A DNA stretch of 64,000 bases from Oculina patagonica (lineage: Eukaryota), in contig NC_135761.1 of assembly GCF_052425735.1 (NCBI RefSeq), forward strand, positions 34,844,001 through 34,908,000, given 5' to 3'. The notes below the pieces were generated by a model, which saw nothing but the letters and a program-made list of their open reading frames with translations, did not search any database and was not told where the DNA came from. This document shows, one piece after another, positions 25,380 to 38,599 of this stretch; within the stretch, counting starts at the first letter, position 1, and each line of letters begins with the position of its first letter. The position numbers were made by a program, and so were the translations under genes.

Positions 25380-25711
25380 AAGCTTCCTTAGCTTAATAGT
25401 GAGATGTTCAATTCATCTATGGTGAAATTTCACCAGTGATCCTACGAGAGCCTGTTCTGCCGTTTTTCAGATCGTGCCTATTTCTCTTTTAAAATCGTCA
25501 TGGGGTGTAATGTTTCCCGCATGTTGTATCTTAAAGTCTTTGGACAAGCCCCTTTGTCTAAGCGGTTTTTAAGAAAACCGATTGAAGATCTAGAGTTGTT
25601 AATCTTCTCTTGAATAGAGTACAGTTCTTCTTCTTGGCGGGATCTTTTCACGCCAGTGTCTTCTTTCGTTTTGGCGGACTCACCTCTTGTGGCGCTTTCA
25701 GCCCCAACCAT
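25380..25711 (-). pseudogene. Penelope-like element ORF N-terminal fragment
   Basis: SIGFLKNRLDKGACPKTLRYN...DDFKREI...AEQALVGSLVKFHHR resembles PLE N-terminal regions. No RT is present here. Confidence 0.35.
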
Positions 25712-25879
25712 TGGGGTCGTGCTACATCATGGGTGATGAGCCGGGATGGAAAATAGAGTCTGAAATAGGTATGGTCAGCGGTAGAAACCTTAAACACTTA
25801 AACTCTTCATGTTCAGACAAATAAATTGTATCTTATCGTGAACATTCCAAAAATACTTGACCAAACGTGCCCTTAAATA

Positions 25880-26220
25880 TATTATTGGAATAATCCAGGA
25901 GTCATTAAGGTTAAATACGGGTTAAGATCATTTTCTGTGGCTTCGCAACACAACTGTGGATTGCTTTGCTTCAGGATATTTATATTTGTAATAATGTAAT
26001 AGCGCGTTTTATGAAAGCTTTTTTGGGGGGTTATTTTTGCAATTTTGTCTTCTTATTCTGTTATCGATTTTTTTATCTGTTATTATATACATGTTGCAAA
26101 GTTTTCTATTTTGAAAGATAATTTTAATATTGTTAACGACTGTAATTAACTTGTAACGCCCTATTGTATAGTAATAGAAATAGCGCTATCGAAATGGAGT
26201 GTAATTTTTGTCATCAATAT
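25880..26220 (+). mobile_element. Old LINE 3' tail (exception to the right-arm orientation)
   Basis: Plus-strand VKYGLRSFSVAS..LW-like motif followed by an AT-rich 3' UTR. Confidence 0.45.
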
Positions 26221-26228
26221 ATATTACG

Positions 26229-26870
26229 CCAACTGTGATAACATTTTATTAAAGTTTCATCGCTATACTTCATGGCTGAAATCGCCTTGGCAACATAGTT
26301 GCGCAAATCCTGACGGCAAGGATAAAATCTTCTATTTGTTTTCTTTGGTTTTCGTTCTTCGGGTTGACCAGAAAATAACCAATCCTCTACGTAATGATCG
26401 AGAAACTTTTTTATCTCAGAGAGATTGGTGATGTTGTGGTTTACAAGGTCATAGATTTTGTCAACAATACGTCTATCGACTTATTGTTCAACTGTGGATG
26501 ATTCCCCGACAGAGTGGTTGACATGGGCGCACCTCAACGGGATTTTAACATAGTAATGAGTCAAAGTTCAGAAATTGAAGCCCGGGTCAGCCTTTGATTT
26601 GTCGTTAATTTGTTTTAGAGTGGCCCTCTTAGCCATCGCCATGCTATTTTCAGTCGAGCAGTTAGCCTTGTCACCTGAATACATCGGATCTGCATGGTGG
26701 CCGAACAATCTTGTCACCTGAATACATCGGATCTGCATGGTGGCCGAACAATCCAACTTTCTTGAATTTTGTAAACAGATTCGGCATTTCCTTGTATAAT
26801 AGTGCACGTCGTCACTTTTGGATGTGTAACTTCCTCTGGCATCCTAAGTGGTACATTAATTAAAATATGT
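26229..26870 (-). pseudogene. ALS2CR8/CARF-like (MULE-related) transposase fragment, copy 1
   Basis: SRKLDCSATMQIR...HVNH...VDRRIVDKIYDLV...NLSEIKKFLDHYVED.LF...PKKTNRRFYPCRQDLRNYVAKA..KYS. Confidence 0.6.
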
Positions 26871-26989
26871 CATACTTTCGCTGCACAAAGGAAAAATAAT
26901 AATTTCTTCTCCTGGTGGTGCGATTATCAGGGATTTTTGACCGTGCTTACATCACGTTTCAACTTAAATAAAATGAAATTAATATGTTA

Positions 26990-27390
26990 CAAATTGTGTC
27001 GGCATCATACAACGCATTTCCAAGACGCATGCACAAGTAAAGAAGCTTACTCCAATCTGAGAGCAGGTGGTTTCCAAGCAGAAGCAAAATGTCGACTGTT
27101 AGGAACATGTGAGCTACTGCCAGAGAAATCAGCCTACAGGCATTGCTTCCATTGCGACCATTGATACTAGACTGGCAAAACTCTGCAGGAAACAACCAAC
27201 TGTACACGTCACCATCAACCAAGGAAATGGGTTTAACTTCTCTGGAAGGTCGACCAAGGAAATGGGTTTAACTTCTCTGGAAGGTCCTTGCCCAAATGTC
27301 ATCCCACTCTAATTCACTCGGTCCTCATCACCATCTCCAAAATGTTGATCGTTGCTGTCAGAGAATTTAAACTCACTTAAGTCGCCTTTT
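26990..27390 (-). pseudogene. Fragment with a 'QSSINGRNGSNAC' motif (unassigned TE-associated protein), copy 1
   Basis: SWLFPAEFCQSSINGRNGSNACRLISLAVAH. Further copies at ~32945-33330 and 60876-61373. Confidence 0.45.
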
Positions 27391-27824
27391 GTAAAGGTTA
27401 TAAAGGTAAAAGTAATTTAATTTAATGTCAAAAAACCCACCGCGAGTAGTTGCCCACTCCCCTGTGCAGAGGCTCATGATAAAAGTGTTTGACAGTAATA
27501 AGTTATAAAAATAAATGAATTCATGTTAAAAAATAATGAAAAAACTATATATTAAAAAATACAATATGATTATATTATTAAAATCTAAAAAATACTGGTT
27601 AAAAATACAATATTAAAAAAACGATATGGGCTTGATTTAAGGGATCATCAAAATTAATAGCTAATAAAGGCTTGTATTAATTCATTTTTCCTGAAGACAT
27701 CGAAGAATCACCAGTTGTTACTTGTAGAAATAAAATATCTAAATATGTCTAAATATATCAAACTAACAAACTAACAAATGAATGTGAATCCCATACTTAT
27801 ATAATGTAAAACAATAAAAGACTG

Positions 27825-28095
27825 ACCTGAACAAGTGGCAAACTTGATATTATTTCTCTTAACAGCCGTTTTTTGTCCAGGTTTAACCTTTACTTTGATT
27901 TTATCCCCATAAAAGTTATCAGGGCCATATCTTTTAAGCTTTCCATTGCACTCTGGTAGGGAGCCTATTTCGTAGGCCAGTAGTCCAACACTCTTTAACA
28001 TCTGTTTAGTGTTTCGCATCTCGCAGTGCAATGCACACAGACAATGTGAAGACAAGTCCTCATCAAGAATGCAGGTGAGATCGTCTCTAATTCCT
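27825..28095 (-). pseudogene. Intron-flanked exon with an 'ALHCEMR' motif, possibly a Transib/Chapaev-class transposase, copy 1
   Basis: DEDLSSHCLCALHCEMRNTKQMLKSVGLLAYEIG...ATCSG. Further copies at ~34870-35140, ~38625-39190 and ~41175-41240. Confidence 0.35.
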
Positions 28096-29879
28096 TTGAA
28101 AGTAGTCAAAAGGAAAAACAACAAAAATGGAAAAATTAAAACTATATCAACAAAACTTGCAAAATTCACGTTGTTGTTCACTTGCCCTGAAAAACATCTG
28201 TAGTAAAGTTGTATTTTGATTCACAAATACACTCTCAGAACTTACCCACTTATGTTAGCCTTTGTTTGAAGGAAGTCTTCAAGGAAAATCTCGTCCCAAA
28301 TCACAGTCGCAACCCTGGAATAATATAAAAACACAACAAACACTGGCAGTTAGCAAGTTTGCAAAACAGCTAGCTTTTCTTTTGGAAACTTCCTTTTTGT
28401 TGATGGACATTTTGCCAAGTAAAATGTCTGAAAATTTGGTAAAAGCAGTAAACAAAAATACTGACCAGTTTTCACAGTTTTTTCTTGTTTCCAGACATAT
28501 GTTTAAAGTTCTTGGGAAGTTTTACACAAGAACAGTATTGCAAGCTTACATTTATTATATTCTACTTTTTCAACAACTAAAATATAGCTTACCCTGATTG
28601 CTAAACAGAAAACACAAAACTCAACCGCCATTTCTCGACAACCAAAAATAAAATCACGATCTTCATCCTTCTCCCAAAGCAACAGCAAGCCCTTGTAATC
28701 AAACGAAACTAACAACATTAAAGGAAAAGAAAGAAGTCCGTTTTAGGTAAAATATGTATTGGAAATTCAAATAAAATGCTATTTTAATAGAGGTTTTAAA
28801 TAATGCAAATAAATTGTAACAATTGACAAAAATAAAAATAAAAACAAGAAAAATAACCAAGATTTTGACATTTTATCTTGTATAACTACCTCCCTTCCCC
28901 ACCCCCTCCTAACACTCTACCGACAACATCTTGAAGATTAAACATGATTGATAAAAACACCACTGCAGCCAGTATTCTTGAAGACAGGTACAACTCATTA
29001 ACTTTATTTATGTGTCATTATATTTATTCATAAATTCAACATTGAACTTGTACAAATTTGCAATGAAACAACTGAACCAAAGGATTGAAAAATTAGCAGA
29101 CTGTCATCTTGGATTTTAGAGAACTGCCCACCTTTTTTAGACAGAAAAAGGACTGCTGGCCTACATTCGCATGGGATATGATGACAAAGCTGGAACAACA
29201 AAGTGATTAAATCAGATCTACCAGTGGAAAACAGCCAGAAATGCACACTAAAAGCTCCCATCATGATTCGTCTCAAGATTTCCTTTCAAGTACTGACCAG
29301 GAGCGCCAACAAGTTCTCGCTGTTGAGATCTTTCGTGAACTTTACTTTAGATGACGGTAATGAAGTGAAATCTTCAGCGTTTTCATCTGGAAGAAATAGA
29401 AATGTTCTGCTTGGCTTGTTGCCCGCTCTCCCCTTGCTGGGCGGCTCAGTGCTTTGACCTTGGTTTTCTCTCCCGTTAAACATGGACCAAGGTCCTGAAG
29501 ATTTTCATTTGATTGATCGTGAGTTTATTCTAAAAGGGAACTGTCAGCCTCATAAATACCCGATGGCCAAAAAAAGTTTCAGTGTGTAAAAGCCCAAAAT
29601 TCCCATGCTGTATAAAAACTTCCTGTCCACTAGCCAACTGCCATATAGCTTCCGTGCATCTGTATTTATAAGTCAGTTTTCCACTTATTTGCACTAGGGT
29701 TTTTCGGGCGTTAAAAGTTAACGAATTACATTTGGCATATCTACTTTCGATTACAAAATTGTACAAAATGCAGATATTTTCTTTAGTGGGTCCTAAACTG
29801 GAAGAGCAAATGAAATTTTTTTTGTCATATCAAGCACACAGCTCTCTATCTGACTCCACCCCGCTGCAATATTATCAAC

Positions 29880-30255
29880 GTTTTTTTTCTTTCAAATATT
29901 CAGTTCCTCGAGGCCTTTTAAGAGAAGGTGGGGAAGAGAGCATCGACTTGCTTTTTCTTTGTTTGCCATTTCCTTTTGTTGGAGTATTGTTGTTTTCTCC
30001 AAAGATGTTCCGACAGTTGTAGCACTTGCAGCCTATGCATCCTAAACCAGCTGTAAAACAGGGGCATCTCGTTCTGTTTTGTCCTTTGGCGTCTACGCAA
30101 AAAGCTTTTTCTGCAAACTCATTCATTTTCTTTTCACCGCATCTGCATTGAATCACTGGTTTTTCATTGCCTTTTTTGGCGACGTTTCCACAGGAGCGGC
30201 ACTTGCACAGATCGCGGTTACAGGGTTGACCTTTTTTAACACAAGGGTACATGCG
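29880..30255 (-). pseudogene. Tesmin/CXC-like cysteine-rich fragment
   Basis: PCVKKGQPCNRDLCKCRSCGN...CRCG...RCPCFTAGLGCIGCKCYNCRN. Confidence 0.6.
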
Positions 30256-30259
30256 AATT

Positions 30260-31000
30260 TATCTTGTGACTTTAGAAAGCCCCTGTCAACCATTACATTA
30301 TCCCCTGCCTCCAGCAAGTCAAGTACACTGCTTTCACAGCATCTGGAAACCCTTCCTCCCCACAGGTCTGACAAGTAGGACACCTGACCATTAGGAGTTA
30401 CACCAACTTGAAACCTTTCAGGTGTTGTGGTGTTTGTAGTCTGACCATGTGTCATATTGAGCGAGCATGGTCGAAGGTCTTGCGATGGAAATGGAAATAG
30501 ATCATTTAGTTCTAAAAAGAACAAATTAATCCATGTAATACAAATGCACAACACAAGGCTAGTGCTGATCCCAAATCTATCACCCAGATCATGTACGAAT
30601 AGAACATCCTTAAGTCTCGTTAACACAAGAAGCATTTCGCCAATGTAAGTCAGTTTCCTTGAAGGCCCAGGTTTGTTTTTGTCGTCAACTGTGTAAGGTT
30701 GACTTTCTTAAATGGCTTCTCTCCTTTCCAGTACTGAATTTCGTCAGGTTTAGGCTTGAGATAATCACAAAAGCTCATTAAAGCATTGTAATTTGGAAAG
30801 CCAGTGTAAAACAAAATGGCTGCATTATCGTCTTTTTTGTGTCCAAAGAAACTGTTTAAACTGTCCAAATAATACGAGTTTTGCCTTTCTAACAGTTCAA
30901 TCCTCTCTAGCAGAGATTGCACTGTGTCAGTTTCAGGATCAACTAGTGCCATTTCTGGTGGGGTGGTTACACTTGTAACAGATTCCAGTGAGTTTATCAA
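30260..31000 (-). pseudogene. ISL2EU/Harbinger-type DDE transposase (HTH_Tnp_4 plus DDE_Tnp_4), internally deleted
   Basis: ILFYTGFPNY; LLVLTRLK..LFVHDLGDRFGIS..ICITWINL; VGVTPNGQVSYLSDLWGGRVS...LLEAGDNVMVDRGF. Confidence 0.85.
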
Positions 31001-31409
31001 TCACATTCTGATGGGCCTGCTTCCATATAGAACTCTTCCTCAGTTTCAGCTGCTTTAATTTTTTTCGAAGATATTGGGGTGGGCTCTCTTTTACTTGGGA
31101 AAAAATGGATGGTTCTGCACTCGAAGATAACACACAGAACTCCTTAGATAAATGAAAATGCCATAATAATAAAACGTCATTTGATATCTACTCTAAATAT
31201 TGAACTTACTGTTGCATCCAGGACAAACTGTGCTGTCAAATACCCTATAGGAAAGATAGTATAGCAAAATAGATGTAACCTAATGACAGTTACCCACAAT
31301 CTGATTAATGTGAAATGAATTGAATTCAAGCAGCACATTGGGGCATGTCACCATTGACTCGACTCACCTTGATTTGACAACTCTATGCGGAATTCCAAAA
31401 GCCTGCTTT

Positions 31410-31945
31410 TTAAGAGTTTTTTGCTTCACTAGAAACCACTCTTGTCTGTCTGCTTGTGCCATCACCAGGCAGACTATTGTTTGTCTCAAAAATAGTCCCA
31501 GGGTTGTTTCCTTTAGGGCTCCATAAATCTGAACAAGAATTACTTCCACACTGGCACTTTATTGCACAAACATCACAACATGTGCATTGATGGTCTGTGG
31601 GCTGAACATGGGTACCATCATGATGAAATCCAAAATGAGCAATCAGGAATTTTCTGCAACATCTATCAGTACTGCAATAAAGTTTTATGTCTTTATCACA
31701 AAATGCAGATAGCAAACCATTGTGAAGTAGCACACATGTACTCGGCAAACCATCCCTTCCAGCACGTCCACACTCTTGGATATACATTTCCACTGACTTG
31801 GATGGGCTGAAATGAATCACTCTTCTTACTTGTTTGCAGTTCACGCCCATGCCAAGTGCAACAGTTGATATGAGCACTCTTATGTCGCCCGCATCACTGC
31901 TCATATTTCTTACTATTTGTTGTTTCATTTGGGTTGCCGTACCAG
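31410..31945 (-). pseudogene. RecQ-like helicase C-terminal fragment, copy 2
   Basis: ISTVALGMGVN...YIQECGRAGRDG...CCDVCAIKCQC. Confidence 0.85.
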
Positions 31946-33334
31946 CACTAGCCACTCACTAGCCACTGGTGGGTGTTCTTTCATTGAAGTTGCTCTTTCG
32001 AGACTTAGCTTGCTCAAGATTCCTTAGCTTAATAGTGAGATGTTCAATTCATCTATGGTGAAATTTCACCAGTGATCCTACAAGAGCCTGTTCTGCCGTT
32101 TTTTAGATCGTGCCTATTTCTCGTTTAAAATTGTCATGGGGTGTAATGTTTCCCGCATGTTGTATCTTAAAGTCTTTGGACAAGCCCCTTTGTCTAAGTG
32201 GTTTTTAAGAAAACCGATTGCCAACTGTGATAACATTTTATTAAAGTTTCATCACAATACTTCATGGCTGAAATCCCCTTGGCAACATAGTTGCGCAAAT
32301 CCTGACGGCAAGGATAAAATCTTCTATTTGTTTTCTTTGGTTTTCATTCTTCGGGTTGACCAGAAAATAACTCATCCTCCACGTAATGATCGAGAAACTT
32401 TTTTATCTCAGAGAGATTGGTGATGTTGTGGTTTACAAGGTCATAGATTTTGTCAACAATACGTCTATCGATGTATTGTCCAACTGTGGACGATTCCCTG
32501 ACAGGGTGGTTGACATGGGTGCAGCTCAACGGGATTTTAACATGGTAATGAGTCTAAGTTCAGAAATTGAAGCCCGGGTCAGCCTTTGATTTGTCGTTAA
32601 TTTGTTTTAGAGTGGCCCTCTTAGCCATCGCCATGCTATTTTCAGTCGAGCAGTTAGCCTTGTCACCTGAATACATCGGATCTGCATGGTGGCCGAACAA
32701 TCCAACTTTCTTGAATTTTGTAAACAGATTCGGCTTTTCCTTGTATAATAGTGCACATCTTCACTTTTGGATGTGTAACTTCCTCTGGCATCCTAAGTGG
32801 TACATTAATTAAAATATGTCATACTTTCGCTGCACAAAGGCAAAATAATAATTTCTTCTCCTGGCAGTGCGATTATCATGGATTTTTGACCGTGCTTACA
32901 CCATGTTTCAACTAAAATAAAATGAATTAATATGTTACCATTGTGTCGGCATCATACAACGCATTTCCAAGACGCATGCACAAGTAAAGAAGCTTACTCC
33001 AATCTGAGAGCAGGTGGTTTCCAAGCAGAAGCAAAATGTCGACTGTTAGGAACGTGTGAGCTACTGCCGGAGAAATCAGCCTACAGGCATTGCTTCCATT
33101 GCGACCATTGATACTAGACTGGCAAATCTCTACAGGAAACAACCAACTGTACACGTCACCATCGACCAAGGAAATGGGTTTAACTTCTCTGGAAGGTTCT
33201 TACGATATTTTCACCCAGTTCTGCCCAAATGTCATCCCACTCTAATTCACTCGAGTCAGACTCCTCATCACCATCTCCAAAATGTTGATCGTTGCTGTCA
33301 GAGAATTTAAACTCACTTAAGTCACCTTTTGTAA

Positions 33335-33800
33335 AGGTTATAAAGGTAAAGGTAATTTAATTTAATGTCAAAAAAAAACCACTGCGAGTAGTTGCCCACT
33401 CCCCTGGGCAGAGGCTCATGATAAAAGTGTTTGACAGTAATAAGTTATAAAAATAAACGAATTCATGTTAAAAAAAAATTAAAAAACTATATATTAAAAA
33501 ATACAATATTATTATATTATTAAAATCTAAAAAATACTGGTTAAAAATACAATATTAAAAAAAACGATAAAAATACAAAATGTCTGTAAAACAATCATTG
33601 AAAACAAGAACTGCATTGGCAGCCACCAATGTTTGTTGCTTTTAGATGGTTAATAATAGTTGAAACGTTTGGTGCATATTTTGCTGCTTGAATAAGTTGG
33701 TAATATAACATTTAAAAAACATTATTTGAGATTGTTCAATGCGTCTATGTTCTAGCGTTCTCATGCCCAGCATTTTGAGTAATGACTCATAATTAGAAAC
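33335..33800 (-). mobile_element. 5'-truncated CR1-like LINE
   Basis: Minus-strand YESLLKMLGMRTLEHRRIEQ motif. The 3' tail lies on the left. A shorter copy is at ~27392-27625. Confidence 0.55.
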
Positions 33801-36139
33801 CTCCTTCACACTTTGAAGCTTCGTTGGTGAGTGTGGCTCAATGTTATCTTCGTAGCCACATTTGACAAATGGATGTGACTGGAGTGTTAATAATTTAACA
33901 ATAATACCTGTTGGTTAATCTCCATTACAGTTAAAAAATAAGGGATAAAAAACATTTTAAAAACTATCACTACTTATAAACACTACAATACTAACACTTA
34001 TTATGCTTTTCAACTAAAATTAATTATTTAAAATTATTTTCGCATTAATTTATGCTTGGATGTAATGAATGAGGTAGAACGTTTGGTCTGGCACATGTTC
34101 CTGTTGGTGACTGCATCATTGTCATTGCTTTTTACATAAAGGCTAATTGCAATTTCCAATGCTCAGCTATCATGTAATCTAGCATTGCATCACCAAAGAT
34201 CTACACTTTATTACATTTGTAAGTCTGTCTGCAGTTCACATTTCATTTCATATATTTACATTTCCATGCATTTGTGTTAAAGCATTAAGACTATGTAAGG
34301 AGTGTTCTGACAGTGTGCCGGTGTACTGCACAATTTTAAAATAAACAAAAAATAATAATAACGAATGATGTACAAGCAAAAAATCAGCAAAGAGATGAGC
34401 TGAGCCATCTGCTCATATGGCAAATAAATTGCTCAAATTACCTTTTGTCATGCCTCACAGAAAGCTATTTTATTGAGGATGCACTGTTTGGCAGCTTCAG
34501 CATCTTTGAAGTGACCTTCGAGCTTCCCACAAGGCAGAGATTTATCCACTATTTCTGCAATGCCAAAGCAAGTTGTAAAAATTAGAAAGTTAGCTGACCA
34601 GAACAGTTCATTGCCAAATTAGGCAGTGAACATGAATGAATAATTTTAAGTATTAAAGTTGCATTTTTGTAATAGGGCTTGATTTAAGGAATCATAAAAT
34701 ATAATAGCTAAAAAGGCTTGTCATATTCAATTTTTCTAAAGGCATTGAAGAATCACCAGTTGTTACCTGTAGAAATAAACCAGGTATCTAAATATATCAA
34801 ACTAACAAATGAATGTGAATCCCATACTTATATAATTTAACAAAAAAATAAATGTATATGTTAAGACTGACCTGAACAAGAGGCAAACTTGATATTATTT
34901 CTCTTAACAGCCGTTTTTTGTCCAGGTTTGACCTTCACTTTGATTCTATCCCCATAAAAGTTATCAGGGCCACATCTTTTAAGCTCTCCATTGCACTCTG
35001 GTAGGAGCCTATTTCGTAGGCCAGTAGTCCAACACTCTTTAACATCTGTTCAGTGTTTCGCATCTCACAGTGCAATGCACACAGACAATGTGAAGACAAG
35101 TCCTCATCAAGAATGCAGGTGAGATCGTCTCTAATTCCTTTGAAAGTAGTCAAAAGGAAAGACAACAAAAATGGAAAAATTAAAACTATATCAACAAAAC
35201 TTGTAAAATTCACGTTGTTGTTCACTTGTCCTGAAAAACATATAGTAAAGTTGCATTTTGATTCACAAATACACTCTCAGAACCTACCCACTTATGTTAG
35301 CCTTTGTTTGAAGGAAGTGTTCAAGGAAAATCTCGTGCCAAATCACAGTCGCAACCCTGGTATAATGTGAAAACACAACAAACACTGACAGTTAGCAAGT
35401 TTGCTAAACAGCTAGCTTTTCTTTTGGAAACTTCCTTTTTGTTGATGGACATTTTGCCAAGTAAAATGTCTGAACATTTGGTAAAAGCAGTAAACAAAAG
35501 TACTGACCAGTTTTCACAGTTTTTTCTTGTTTCCAGACATATGTTTAAATTTCTTGGGAAGTTTTACACAACAACAGTATTGCAAGCTTACATTTATTAT
35601 ATTCTACTTTTTCAACAACTAAAATATAACATACCCTGATTGCTAAACACAAAACACAAAACTCAACCGCCATTTCTTGACAACCAAGAATAAAATAACG
35701 ATCTTCATCCTTCTCCCAAAGCAACAGCAAGCCCTTGTAATCAAGAGTAACTAACAACATTAAAGGAAAAGAAAGATGTTAGTTTTAGGCAAAATATGTA
35801 TTGGAAATTCAAATAAAATGCTATTTTAATAGATGTTTTAAATATTGCAAGTACGTTATAACTATTGATAAAAATAATAATAACAAGCAAAAAACAACCA
35901 AGATTTAGACATTTTATCTTGTATAACTACCTCCCTTCCCCACCCCTTCCTAGCACTCTACCGACAACATCTTGAAGTTTAAACACGATTGATAAACACA
36001 CCACTGCAGCCAGTATTTTTGAAGACAAGTACAACTTATTAACTTTATTTATGTGTCATTATATTCACCAATTTAACATTGATAGAATAAACAGTTTTAA
36101 TTTAACCATCTGTCAATTTATATACAAAAAATGGTACCT

Positions 36140-36490
36140 TTGAATCTACCTTTGGAATCTTCCCATGAGAGTAACATTCCTTCCATATTTTCCTGAAGAA
36201 ACTCTCGCTGTTTCCATGGTCTATTTGAACTCCTTGTATATTTCCCTTTTACTGGTCGATGACGTAAGGTGCCATGAACGAGAATTGGGCATGTAATCGC
36301 AATTTTCTTCAAAGTAACGATCTAGAAAATTGACTACGGCCTCCTCATGTGGTTTGTCTCTCGTCATTAGGGATGCAACATGTTGCTCGCTTCCCTTTCC
36401 CAAAAGGTAGTCTTTCTTTGGTTCAAAGTACCTTCTTTGAGTGATCTCAAGAACTTTGGTCCAGGCGCTCCAGCAGACATTAATACCACT
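36140..36490 (-). pseudogene. DUF7869-family (Sola-like) transposase N-terminal fragment
   Basis: NVCWSAWTKVLEITQRR...AVVNFLDRYFEENCDYMPNSRSWHL..KREIYKEF. Confidence 0.5.
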
Positions 36491-36514
36491 GATCGAGTAC
36501 GTGAACACTCCATC

Positions 36515-36665
36515 CACTAGCTGACTGCTGTTTCAGTATTTTCCAAGTTGAGACATTGTAGATCTCTTGATTCTCTTTTAACAGGTCCTTCCATTTGGAA
36601 CCTTTATCAAAGTTGTAATAAAGGTCGATAACAAACTGTTCCACAACTATATACAGCTTCTTGGG
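36515..36665 (-). pseudogene. hAT-type transposase fragment
   Basis: VEQFVIDLYYNFDKGSKWKDLLKENQE...KILKQQS..W resembles hAT 'YYF..S.KRK...ILKH..TRW'. Confidence 0.45.
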
Positions 36666-36814
36666 TATCACAGTTTTTTCTGTTTTCAGACATATGTTTC
36701 AAGTTCTTGGGAAATTCTACACATGAACAGTATTGGAAGCTTACATTTATTATATTCTACTTTGCTAGATTTATTATATTCTCCTTTCATCTTCAGCCCC
36801 TGAGCTTCTATGCT

Positions 36815-37070
36815 GCTAAGAATCAATGTCATTCGCATGTAGCACTTCTCTTTAAAGTGTGCCAAACAGAGCGATGTGGATTTCGAGTCAGGATCTTTGA
36901 AAGCGTGTCTGTGTCTACGGACAAACTAGACCCATTTAGCCCTCACAGCTGGATCAGATGGGAACCCATACATTCTTATACCAGGCGTGAATGTAGTATT
37001 TCAACAACTTTGCTGGTTAGGGGCACCAGCAACCCAACTATCGCCCACATGGTTTTCTCTTTGCTTTCTT
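36815..37070 (-). pseudogene. THAP domain fragment (duplicated at ~37770-38125)
   Basis: VAGAPNQQSC*NTTFTPGIRMYGFPSDPAVRAKWV*FVRRHR...LCLAHF. The second copy continues to LKKDAVP. Confidence 0.7.
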
Positions 37071-37169
37071 TACGTCCATCATTGTAACAAGTACGGTTTT
37101 CGGTCCCCCTAGAGGTACTTGTTGATGAGGGTCCTGACTGGAAAACACCAATGTCTTCCTTTAGCATGA

Positions 37170-37350
37170 AGGGGCAACCGTAAAGGTTTTAAGCCATAAT
37201 TGACTGTCAATAGTTGACCATTTCAATGACTTGTTAGCAACAGCCTTCTGCCGGAACTTAATATCATAAACGCACCAACCTAACCCCCTATGGTATTTAG
37301 CAGCATATCGAATGAGTGACATATATTCTAAAAGCTCTGAACAGCACTTA
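37170..37350 (-). pseudogene. DIRS/Ngaro gag-like fragment
   Basis: ELLEYMSLIRYAAKYHRG.GWCVYDIKFRQKA..NKSLKWSTIDSQLW contains the DIRS ORF1 W..YD..FR motif. Confidence 0.65.
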
Positions 37351-38599
37351 GACCTTGGACAGATTGCAAGTCCTTTAACTCAGGATGTCATAAATCACAA
37401 AGACATAGTCTTTTCATACAGCTTCACCAAAACCATGCCAAAATATGAACTTAGAGTCATAGACAAAGTTTCAAATCTAGATTCTTCATGTATTATAACA
37501 CATCTTAAGCCCATTGATTTTAATGTCTAAGAACAAATGGATTGAGAAGCAACCAAAACATTCAGAATATTCTCAAACAAAGAAAGAGCCAGAATTAAAC
37601 CTTGAAATTAAACCGAGACCTTAGCAAAGCAGAAACAAAACGATGTACATAAACTAAGGGGTTGATCAAGCTAACGAACGCGGGTAATTTCAATAATTTC
37701 CAACAGGTGTTACGAACACATGAATGCAAAAATCTTACATACCTGTCGTTTGCTTTGCGCACTCAATTCTTGTGAAACAGGGGAACTACAGAATCCCTCA
37801 TTGGCACAGCATCTTTCTTAAGGAACGCTTTTATCTTCAGCCCCTGAGCTTCCATGCTGCTAAGAATCAATGGCGCTCGCACGTAGCACTAGTCTTCAAA
37901 GTGCGCCAAACAGAACGTATGTGTATTTCGAGGCAGGATCTTTGAAAGCGTGTCTGTGTCTACGGACAAACTGGACCCATTTAGCCCTAACAGCCAGATC
38001 AGATGGGAACCCATACATTCTTATAGCAGGCGTGAACATAGTATTTCAACAACTTTGCTGGTTAGGGGCACCAGCAACCCAACTATCGCCCACATGGTTT
38101 TCTCTTTGCTTTCTTTACGTCCACCATTGTAAGATCTGACTGAGGCATCTATATCAAAGTAACAAATGAATGTGAACCCCATACTTCGTTAAAATTAGCT
38201 GAATAAATCTTAAAAATTACAAATGTACATTAAAAGTAATAAAAAGTAAAAATCGCTAAGAGTAATAAGTTTTTTTAAAAAGATAAGTTTTGAGTTTATA
38301 TAATATATGTATTATATATATGACTGGATTTATGAAAACCAGGTTAGTGAAGTTTTCAGTGAAGTTTTCAGTGATCTCCGTAAATGCGTTAGTAGAGGAT
38401 ATAAAAACTAAAGTGAATGTCATTCTTTTTTTCTCTCCTCCTCTCTCTTTTGTACCTTTTAGGGCTGTAGTTCCTTTTTTTTTCCCTTTCTCGGCATGTT
38501 TTTAGGTCACATTGCAGTGTAATGTACTTGGTCAAAAATACTCAGGTCACCGGCTTTTCTTTGACCACGTTTTCATAAATCCAGTTATAGATATAATGT

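Larger units (their letters stand above)
31248..36065. repeat. Second copy of the composite block at ~24540-29025
   Basis: Same order in both: RecQ C-term, PLE N-term, ALS2CR8-like, GSNAC, LINE tail, ALHCEMR exon, intron-rich segment. Copies differ by reciprocal indels. Confidence 0.9.

Noticed and set aside
29028-29483. Minus-strand coding-like segment (duplicated at ~42416-42870)
   Set aside because: It looks like decayed coding sequence, but I cannot assign a family.
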